DNA from: Blastocatellia bacterium
Lineage (GTDB): Bacteria > Acidobacteriota > Blastocatellia > UBA7656
Reading direction: 5' to 3'
NCBI GenBank assembly: GCA_035575515.1
Contig: DATLXU010000079.1
Coordinates: 1-64,000, forward strand
Length of the DNA: 64,000 nucleotides
Shown in pieces: positions 47,798-58,282 of this stretch. Made by a program: the position numbers and the translations under genes. Under the pieces are notes generated by a model, which was not told the DNA's origin, ran no database searches, and worked only from the letters and a program-made list of their open reading frames with translations. Each line of letters opens with the position of its first letter. Position 1 is the first letter of the stretch.

Positions 47798-48664
47798 TCA
47801 CTGCAACCCCGTGCGCGCCTCTGCGGCTTCGCGCTTGCGCCGCTCAAGTTCCGCAACGCGCCGCGCGATGTTCTCCCGCTCGCTCGCGTCCTTAATCTCT
47901 CTGAGTGTCTTTATCGCTTCATCGAACTGGTACAATCCCGCGTAGCAGTCGGCTATGCCGTACATCGCGCGGCGGCGCGCTTCTTCATCGTTGCTTTCAG
48001 CAGCGAGCTTTTGATAGACCGCAAGCGATGATTGATATTGCCCGCGCGCGTTGTAGACAGCCGCTTCGCGCATCAACGCCTGCTCGGTCAGATCGTCATA
48101 AGCCGCGCCCGTGATTACTTTCTCATATTCGGTTAGCGCCTGGCTGTAGTTGTTTTGATCGTAATAAAGATCGGCAATGCGCAATCGTATGCGGCGGCGC
48201 TCGGTCGCGTCCTGCGGATTCAGATTCTCGTACTCGGCTATCGCTTCGTAGGTGCGGCCAAGCTCGCCAAGTAACTCGGCCACGCGCTCGCGCGCAAGGT
48301 TGGCATTCGCGCCCGCAGGATCTTGCCTCAATAGCTCCCTGTAGTGCGCGATGGCTTGATCGTATTGTTTAAGATTGAAGTTGTATATATTGGCGAGTTG
48401 AAACCGCGCCAATAGTGACTCTGCGCCTGTCGGGAATCGTTCAAGATATTTCTCGTACTCTTCGGCGGCGACGCTGTACTCTTTCGCGTCCCACGCCTCA
48501 GCCGCGCGCTTCAAAGACGGCTCCGAGTTATTCCGACAGCCCGCCAGCGGCACTAGCGACAGGATTAGCAGCAAATAAAACAACGCAGAGATGCGGCGAA
48601 GGGGCGACGCGGCGATATAATCACCTGAATGCAACGATGACCCAAGCCCGATCAAATCCTTCAC
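47798..48664 (-). CDS. TPR-repeat lipoprotein (BamD/YfiO-like architecture)
   Basis: LAGC lipobox after a hydrophobic leader; about six TPR units (AIAHYRELL, ALTEYEKVI, AIKTLREI). Confidence 0.55.
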   Translation of the reverse strand: MKDLIGLGSSLHSGDYIAASPLRRISALFYLLLILSLVPLAGCRNNSEPSLKRAAEAWDAKEYSVAAEEYEKYLERFPTGAESLLARFQLANIYNFNLKQYDQAIAHYRELLRQDPAGANANLARERVAELLGELGRTYEAIAEYENLNPQDATERRRIRLRIADLYYDQNNYSQALTEYEKVITGAAYDDLTEQALMREAAVYNARGQYQSSLAVYQKLAAESNDEEARRRAMYGIADCYAGLYQFDEAIKTLREIKDASERENIARRVAELERRKREAAEARTGLQ

Positions 48665-48693
48665 CGCGTCTCCGTGTCCCCGCGTCCCCGCTA

Positions 48694-51147
<2,454 letters not shown>

Positions 51148-51497
51148 TCTTAAACTCTCTCTCTGCTATCTGCTGTTACGGGGTTTCATATCGCCGACGG
51201 CGATAGCGATGAACCGCAACGATCAATGCTGAACGTTTAATGATGAATTAAGACCGCAAGCATATAGTCGAGCTGCCTATTCATCATTGATCGTTCATCA
51301 TCCAGCATTGCCTTTCGTCTCCTGCGACCGGGCGTAATTCAAGCGAGGGCAGTTGCAAAAGCCCTGCAATTCGGCTGGCCTTTTCGGGGTCTTCCCGGAG
51401 ACTTTCGATTAGACTTTTTGCCTTCTTGAGCAAGTCTAATTTTACCAGACTTCGCGCCTGTTTTGAAAGCCGAAAAAGGCGAAAATCCCGCGAAAAA

Positions 51498-52082
51498 TCA
51501 GCGATTTACGGCCTTCACGTGCCTGCGCGCTTCATCGAGCCAGCGGCGGAGCTGCTCGTGCAGGTAGGCGTTTGTGCGAGCGGCCATTGGGATGTAGAAG
51601 ATTTCTGTCGTGCGGATGTAGCGAATAATCTTTTCGACCTTAGGCGACTGCGTCAGGAACCTTAAATTGTCGAGCCTGTCGCAGAGCTTAACTATCGGCG
51701 CGCCCGTGTGCGCCGCAGCCTCTATTGCAGCGAGATAATTTGGCAATGTGACACTTTCGAGCTTGGTCAGTAGCCAGACTATCTCGGCTATCTCTTCATC
51801 AAACATTGCGGCAATCTCTTCGCGCGTCGTCGGGCTGTCTTCAATCACGTCGTGCATGAGAGCCGAGCAGATCAATTTCGGCGAGTAAACATCAAGCTCA
51901 TCAACGAGCGAGACGGCAACGCGAATCGGATGCAGAATGTATGGAGTGCCTTCGTCGCGCACCTGCCCGGCGTGAGCAGCCTCGGCTACTTCATAAGCGC
52001 GCGCGACCTGCTCAAGCTCTGTCGCGTTGAGGCGCTGTATTAATCGTTCAGCGAGATATTCGTAGTTCCGCTCGTAGACCAT
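51498..52082 (-). CDS. HD-domain phosphohydrolase (small (p)ppGpp-hydrolase/Mesh1-like)
   Basis: H..HD motif: ILHPIRVAVSL...ALMHDVIED. Confidence 0.6.
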   Translation of the reverse strand: MVYERNYEYLAERLIQRLNATELEQVARAYEVAEAAHAGQVRDEGTPYILHPIRVAVSLVDELDVYSPKLICSALMHDVIEDSPTTREEIAAMFDEEIAEIVWLLTKLESVTLPNYLAAIEAAAHTGAPIVKLCDRLDNLRFLTQSPKVEKIIRYIRTTEIFYIPMAARTNAYLHEQLRRWLDEARRHVKAVNR

Positions 52083-52231
52083 GATCTTGATTTCAATTTA
52101 GCAAAGCGGGTCGGTCGCTTCAAGAAAGACGGCTGATGCGCCTGCTCGCGCTGCCTTGCGCTTACAGTGATCAGCATAGTTAAATTGCTCGACTCGTTTT
52201 CAGATAAACGCCTGATGGATAATATGAAGCT

Positions 52232-52909
52232 ATGCGATTCGTCATCGCCGCGCTGAGACCGTTCGTATGGTGGATATGCCGCCTGTGGTTCAAAGCCGAA
52301 TTTCACGGCGTGGAGAATATTCCACCGGTAGGCGCGTGCATTATCACTCCGAATCACGTCAGCTACGGCGACCCTATCTGGATTACGATTCCGATTCGCA
52401 GGCGCATATATTACATGGCGTGGGACAAGCCGTTTGAGATACCCGTGCTTGGCTGGCTGATGCGCGCGTTCGGCGCATTTCCAGTGAGCCTCGATGCGAC
52501 CGCCGACGCGTCGGCTCAACGCAACGCGCTTGAAGTTTTAAGCAAAGGGCGCGCGCTCGTGATATTTCCCGAAGGGGGCCGAACGCGCACGGGCAAGCTC
52601 ATGCCGTTTAAGATGGGAGCCTTCAGGTTTGCTTTGACCTACGGAATTCCGATTGTGCCCGTCTCAATCAACGGCGCTGAAAAAATCTGGCCCGTCGGAA
52701 AGATTTTTCCCCGACGAGGAAAACTTATCATCACCTATCATCCGCCGATTCCGGTCGAGCGCGCGCCGGAAGAGACTAGCCGCGCGGAACTCAAAGAGCG
52801 CGCCCGCGCGCTTGCGCGCAAGACTCACGACACGGTAGCAAGCGCGCTCGATCCCGCGATGATCCCTGAAGAAACCGATGCGGCGGTTTCGGTTGAAACG
52901 AAATCGTAA
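52232..52909 (+). CDS. plsC: 1-acyl-sn-glycerol-3-phosphate acyltransferase family protein
   Basis: NHVSYGDP (HxxxxD) and VIFPEGGRTRTGK acyltransferase motifs. Confidence 0.7.
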   Translation: MRFVIAALRPFVWWICRLWFKAEFHGVENIPPVGACIITPNHVSYGDPIWITIPIRRRIYYMAWDKPFEIPVLGWLMRAFGAFPVSLDATADASAQRNALEVLSKGRALVIFPEGGRTRTGKLMPFKMGAFRFALTYGIPIVPVSINGAEKIWPVGKIFPRRGKLIITYHPPIPVERAPEETSRAELKERARALARKTHDTVASALDPAMIPEETDAAVSVETKS

Positions 52910-52928
52910 TTCGACTTCTTCACCCTTA

Positions 52929-53106
52929 GCTCGACTTTGTCCATTTTGAAAACGCGCAACGCAAATAAAGGACTTACGCCGCTGTAAGGTAGATTGAATT
53001 TATGAACGTCGCACTGAAAGACTGACGTTCATAAATTCTAGGCATTGGAAACAAAGAATTTATAAAACAATGCTCATTCGCCTCTGAAAAATGGATAAAG
53101 TCGAGC
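52929..53106. repeat. MITE-like or structured-RNA element: 20-bp terminal inverted repeats (agctcgactttgtccatttt / aaaatggaTaaagtcgagct) enclosing a perfect 15-bp hairpin (52996-53038)
   Basis: Read directly. Sits in an AT-rich intergenic region between plsC-like (+) and the SYLF gene (-). Confidence 0.45.
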
Positions 53107-53394
53107 TTAGAGCGTGTTTTGAAAATAATAAGGGTTGCGATTACAGTCCGTGCGAGCAGGCGATGGAATAAAGCCCGTGTGCGAGCGCGGGGCTAGAAGC
53201 GCGGGGGCAAGGCTGATGCACCTCATAAGCCTGTAAAACAGGCGGCGGAGCTTCATTGATTGAAATGTCCTTCGCCCGTTTGACGGGCTTGATCTCTTCG
53301 TGCATCAGCCAACCGCGCGCTTGCGCACGTGGCTTTATTCTTTCACCTGCTTCGCAGGTTCAAAACAGCCTCTTAATATGCAATGCGGCTCAAG

Positions 53395-54090
53395 TTATTT
53401 TTTCTTCGGCGATCTCCACGAAAGCGACGATGCGAGCGGGCGCGCTTCCTGCGGCATCGGCACGTCGCCGAACAGAATATCTCGCGCGTTCATCTCTTTG
53501 CCGTAAAAATCGCGGTTGTCGTCTTTGTCCTGCTTGACGACCGCCCCGTTCAAAGCCACGCCCGCGAACAATCCCTTGGTGCGCGAGTAGCTCAATATCT
53601 CAGCGTCCATTCTCGCGTTGGTTTCGGCTGACGTGTGGCGGCCAACAGGGCCTGCCGCGACCGACGCGTCTGCGCCGAGCGTGAATTTGTCTCCGATAAG
53701 GCGGTCCATGCCTTTGCGGTTCATTATCAGCATGACAACATCAACCTGCTGAAAGCCTATCTGAAGGCCGAAGCTGCCGCCTTCGATTGTAAGAAAAGAC
53801 GGCGCGCTCCACTGGCCGCCAGCCTTACGACACATCACAACGCCTTTGCCGTAGCGCCCGCCTATGCCGAGACCGCCTTTTTTGAGCCCGGGAACAATGG
53901 CAATGCACTCGGCTTTGTCGAGCAGCTCTTCAGGAATGCCCTTGTCAGGCGTGCGCATAATTTCGGTGAAGACTTCTGTCGCGCGATTGAGTCGTTTTAC
54001 TTCGTCGCTGCGCTCGCTCGGATCGCTTGCGGCAAGCGCGGCTGATGATATGAGCAGGATTGAAAGTGAGGAAATAAAAAAGAGCTTCAT
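53395..54090 (-). CDS. secreted SYLF (Ysc84/DUF500) lipid-binding domain protein
   Basis: Signal peptide. LSYSRTKGLFAGVALNGAVV and GGLGIGGRYGKGV patterns of the Ysc84 actin-binding-like family. Confidence 0.55.
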   Translation of the reverse strand: MKLFFISSLSILLISSAALAASDPSERSDEVKRLNRATEVFTEIMRTPDKGIPEELLDKAECIAIVPGLKKGGLGIGGRYGKGVVMCRKAGGQWSAPSFLTIEGGSFGLQIGFQQVDVVMLIMNRKGMDRLIGDKFTLGADASVAAGPVGRHTSAETNARMDAEILSYSRTKGLFAGVALNGAVVKQDKDDNRDFYGKEMNARDILFGDVPMPQEARPLASSLSWRSPKKK

Positions 54091-54343
54091 CGGTTGGACC
54101 TCCGCTTGTTAGATTCGCTGGTACAGGAAAAGTTTACAGGCTCGGTTGCCAATTGTCAGCAGCCGATTGCCAATAGTTGAGTTTGCGTCTTGATCTTGCG
54201 CGGTTTTCTGCTACGATCCGCGTTCCGAAAATGGGTGCTTCTATCTCACAAGACATCTTTATGCCGACTGTTACCGCGCCACATTCATCAACCGGAAGCG
54301 ATTCGGACAATCGGCCAGCATCGAGCCGCGCCGCCAGGTTGCC

Positions 54344-56098
54344 GTGTTTGTTGATGAGCAGCGCGGTGTCAGGCTCTATCAAGGCGATGCCCTTGAGATG
54401 CTGCGCGAGGCTAAGAGCGAAATCTTTGATGTGATATTTGCCGACCCTCCTTGTTTTCTATCCAATGACGGCATCACCTGCCAGGCGGGCAAGATGGTCA
54501 GCGTCAATAAAGGAGTATGGGACAAGGCGCAGACGTTTGAAGAGATTCACGCTTTCAACCTCGCGGGCTTCAGCGAGTGCCGCCGGTTGCTGAAGCCAAA
54601 CGGCACTATCTGAGTGACTGGAACATCGCACAACATCTACAGCGTGGGCTTTGCGCTGCAAACGCTCGGATACAAGATTCTGAACGACATCGCGTGGCAC
54701 AAGGCCAATCCGCCGCCTAACTTGTCGTGCCGATACTTCACGCACGCGACGGAGACAATCCCTTGGGCGAAGCGCGAGACGAAGGCGCGGCACCTGTTTC
54801 ATTATGAAGAGATGAAGCGCGAGAATCGCGGCAAGCAGATGCAGTCGCTGTGGCACATCACGCCACCCGGCCCGTCCGAAAAGCGTTACGGCAAGCATAC
54901 TACGCAAAAGCCCGAAGCGTTGCTTGATCGAATCCTTCGCGCTTCTTCAAATCCTGGAGATATAGTGCTTGACCCCTTCTGCGGCAGCGGGACAGCGGGC
55001 GTCGTGTGTGTTCGGCTTGAACGTCGTTTTGTCGGAATTGACTTGATGGAATCTTTTCTTGAACTCGCTATTGCCCGGCTCCGAGATGAGATTCGTGTGA
55101 TGCGCTTTGTATTCATACTCGATTCCAGTTTTGCAATGGCTTTATGGCAGCAGCAGGCAATAACGCAAGATACCAAAGCGACGTGGGCTGAGATCGTTTC
55201 TTCTGCGCTCAGGTTGCTTGGCGGCGAAGCGCGCTTGAAAGAGATAAACGAAATTGTAGGACATAACCCACGCACGCGAACAAATCGAACTTGGGCTTGT
55301 ACGGTGCGCCACGTCGTGCGACAATCGCCGCGCTACCGAAAACAGCGACAGGAGTTGAACTCAATGAGGCAGTATGAGGCTGTTATTCAGGCGATGAAAG
55401 AAAACGGCGGGTACGCAACGCTTGGCCATTTGTATCAGGCGGCGCTGAAGATACCTGATGTTCGGTGGGGCACGAAGACACCCTTTGCCAGCATCCGTAG
55501 AATAGTCCAGCAACATCCAGAGTTCTTTAGAATCAGGCCGGGATTGTGGGCGCTTACATCTGAACGAGAGCGCATCCTTGAAAAGTTCAAGGTCCGAGAT
55601 GATGCGCCACGCAAGGAAGTCGAGGAATTTAATCACAGTTACTATCAAGGGCTGATTGTGGAGATAGGCAATTTCAAACGCTACGACACATACGTTCCGA
55701 ATCAGGATAAGAACAAACAATTTCTATCGCAGCGACTTGCTGATATTTCTTCGCTGAAGCAGTTTCCCCCATTCACCTACGAGCATCTTCTGAAGCGGGC
55801 GCGAACTGTAGATGTGACATGGTTCAACGCCAGAGGTTTCCCAGACGCTTTCTTTGAAATCGAGCACTCGACAGACATTCACAACTCTCTGCTAAAGTTT
55901 GTCGAGTTTCAGGATTTTCGCATTCAGTTTTATATAGTCGCCGATGCTGTGCGGGAGAGAGAGTTTGAGCAGAAGAAAGGTTACAGCGCATTCAATCCAA
56001 TTCGCGCTGACCTGAAATTTCTAGATTACGAATCGCTGTCAACATGGCACTCGAAGCTATCGGAGAGCATAGCAATAGAAAAAGCGATGGGGCTATAG
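54344..56098 (+). pseudogene. beta-class N6A/N4C DNA methyltransferase interrupted by one in-frame TGA (54611-54613), with a ~330-aa C-terminal winged-helix + nuclease-like extension
   Basis: Motif IV ADPPCF. ...LKPNGTI-TGA-VTGTSHNIYSVGFALQ, where the family consensus has Trp at the stop. WHKANPPPN, HTTQKPEALLDRIL, motif I LDPFCGSGTAGV. Same frame on both sides of the stop. Low-GC DNA. Confidence 0.65.
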
Positions 56099-56118
56099 AA
56101 GTTAAAAGCTGCCTATTA

Positions 56119-57018
56119 TCAACTTGCCTGAATTTGTTGCACTTCGTTCTCGAAAATGTAACTGAGCGATTTATAGACTAACTTCGCCGTTAAAAAATCT
56201 GGCGCGGGGTTGCCCTCGACGGGAGCAAGCTCGGTCACGTCCATCCCGACGATGTTGCGCGAACGGGCAAGCGCCCGAATTATTCCGAGCGCGTCGTACC
56301 ATCCCAATCCTCCCGGCTCAGGCGTGCCCGTCGTTGGAACCAAACTCGGATCAAGCCCGTCAATGTCAATCGTGAGATAAACATTTTCAGTCAAATGAGA
56401 GAGGGCATCTTCGTGCCAGTCGGTCCGGCCAACAACATCTTTCGCCCAATAAATCTTCGTAGGCGTGTTGGGCAACCGCTTCGCTTCGGCTTCCGATATT
56501 GACCTGATCCCGACTTGAACAACGGGACAGACCTCGACGGCGCGGGCCATAATCGAAGCGTGCGAATGAATCGTCCCGTCATAGCTTTCGCGCAAGTCTG
56601 CGTGCGCGTCAATTTGAAGAACTGACAGATTCTTCACCCTGCGACCGAGCACGCGAATAACCGGTCCCGTTATCGAATGCTCGCCGCCGAGCATCACAAG
56701 AAACTTGCCCGTGTCTAATAACTCTTCCGCGCGAGCTTCTATCTGATTCATCATCGCTTCGGGCGGATCAATCGCGGGAAGCTCCTCAAGCGTGTGAATC
56801 CCCAGACGATAGACCGACCCCCCGATTTCTTCGTCGTACAATTCCATGTTGCGCGAGGCTTCGATGATGGCGCGCGGGCCGCGAGCCGCGCCGTGCCCGT
56901 AGCTCACCGTTCCTTCATACGGCACGGGCCACACGAGTATGCGCGACGATTCAAAGTTGGAGTATTCAGGCTCGGCTATCCCGCCGAAGTTGAATGGGAG
57001 ATGTTGTGATTCAGACAT
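56119..57018 (-). CDS. speB: agmatinase (ureohydrolase family)
   Basis: GGEHSIT, DAHADL, SIDIDGLDP, Mn-binding motifs of arginase/agmatinase. ATG at 57018 (MSESQHL). Confidence 0.75.
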   Translation of the reverse strand: MSESQHLPFNFGGIAEPEYSNFESSRILVWPVPYEGTVSYGHGAARGPRAIIEASRNMELYDEEIGGSVYRLGIHTLEELPAIDPPEAMMNQIEARAEELLDTGKFLVMLGGEHSITGPVIRVLGRRVKNLSVLQIDAHADLRESYDGTIHSHASIMARAVEVCPVVQVGIRSISEAEAKRLPNTPTKIYWAKDVVGRTDWHEDALSHLTENVYLTIDIDGLDPSLVPTTGTPEPGGLGWYDALGIIRALARSRNIVGMDVTELAPVEGNPAPDFLTAKLVYKSLSYIFENEVQQIQAS

Positions 57019-57122
57019 GTTCAGTAGGCAGTAGGCAGTAAGTGGCAATTGCGAAAATTCTTTTATTAGACTGAGTTACTCAAAGTAACTGCCTACTGCT
57101 TGCCGCCTACTGCCTACTGCGT
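57019..57122. repeat. Intercistronic long hairpin with tandem GTAGGCA units (left arm) and CCTACTGC units (right arm)
   Basis: Read directly. Fills the whole gap between the DHS-like stop and the speB start codon. Confidence 0.5.
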
Positions 57123-57124
57123 CA

Positions 57125-58174
57125 TCATCCAAAAGTGACCGAGAGTTCGCGTCCGAAATTGAATTGAGGTCGGCGGCGCGACTTGAGCGCCTTCGTGCCC
57201 GTTTGCGAAAGAGCCGTCACAAGAATCGGCATCGCAATAGTCGGATCGCACAAAACAGAAACAGTCTTCGCGTCTTTTGCGACGCGGCCCCACGTCTGCG
57301 CCTCTTCGAAGCTGCGCCCGCTAGTTGCGCTCGATTCGGGCAGGTCAAGTCCTATCTGCAATGCGTACTTGTGGCCGCGCAGGCTTTGCTTGATTATCGA
57401 AGCCGTAACTTCCGTCTGATGCAGGAAGCTCTTTGGCGGGCCGCCGCCGAAAAGCACAACTGCGGTGTTGACGCTCTTGGCCATCGCTTGCGCCGCTTCG
57501 ACCACATCTTGAATGATGTCGAATTGAAATGGGTTCTTGCGATTGATGCGCGAAGTGGCGATGCCAACTGCAATCGCGGAATCGGCAACGCCCGGACAGA
57601 AGATTGGAACCTTCGCTTTATAAGCCGATGTGAGTATGCCGTCTTCCGTGGCAATCTCTGCAAGCTCGCGCCCTAACAGGTGCAAAAACTCGCGCGTCGA
57701 ATAGGGCCGCGAATGATCGAGCGTGTTTGCGAAATTGCCGACCCACTCGTCGGCCTCGCGGTATTCATGCTCGCTTGCGAGCGTGTCGTAGAAGCGGCCA
57801 ACCTGCGCGTCCTGCAATTCCTCGTCGGTCCACGCAGGCGAAGTCTGATAGTGATAGCGGCCAAGAGTTTCGTGCAGGTCGTGAAAAAGGTTCGCGCCCG
57901 TCGAGACGACCACATCAACGTAGTGGTTCTTTATCAAATAAGAGATGAGCCGCCGCATGCCAGCCGCGACCAGCGCGCCCGACAATCCCATAAAGACCGT
58001 CGCGTTGTCCGACAGCATATCGAGCCACAGGTTGTGCGAATCGGCAAGCGCGCGAGCCTGAAAGCCTGCGCCTTCCATCTTCGTCAGTAACCCTGCGACC
58101 GAGCGATCACGGTCTATTTGAACGGGTCGGGTCGGATTGGTCAAATACTTCGAGCTTTTCTGTTTTCTCATCAT
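57125..58174 (-). CDS. deoxyhypusine synthase-like protein (putative homospermidine synthase)
   Basis: DHS family N-terminal LTNPTRPVQI...; NAD-binding VVSTGANLFHDL, GGGPPKSF. Confidence 0.7.
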   Translation of the reverse strand: MMRKQKSSKYLTNPTRPVQIDRDRSVAGLLTKMEGAGFQARALADSHNLWLDMLSDNATVFMGLSGALVAAGMRRLISYLIKNHYVDVVVSTGANLFHDLHETLGRYHYQTSPAWTDEELQDAQVGRFYDTLASEHEYREADEWVGNFANTLDHSRPYSTREFLHLLGRELAEIATEDGILTSAYKAKVPIFCPGVADSAIAVGIATSRINRKNPFQFDIIQDVVEAAQAMAKSVNTAVVLFGGGPPKSFLHQTEVTASIIKQSLRGHKYALQIGLDLPESSATSGRSFEEAQTWGRVAKDAKTVSVLCDPTIAMPILVTALSQTGTKALKSRRRPQFNFGRELSVTFG

Positions 58175-58183
58175 TGCTGTTTC

Positions 58184-58280
58184 GTCCTTAGTCCTTTGTC
58201 ATTTGTCCTTTGTCGTTTCCCGTGAGTGTGTCGCTTCGTCTCCTCACAATGCAAAGGACAAAGGGCGAAGGACAAATGAC
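58184..58280. repeat. Intercistronic long hairpin with tandem TGTCCTTTG units and complement CAAAGGACA units, nested inner hairpin gtgag..ctcac
   Basis: Read directly. Fills the gap between the speA stop and the DHS-like start. Confidence 0.5.
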
Positions 58281-58282
58281 CA

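Noticed and set aside
54611-54613. Possibility that the in-frame TGA in the MTase is decoded as Trp (genetic code 4/25) or selenocysteine
   Set aside because: TGA terminates the HerA-like gene and other genes in the window; ~60% GC chromosome; no SECIS-like context. A nonsense mutation or sequencing error is the more likely explanation.
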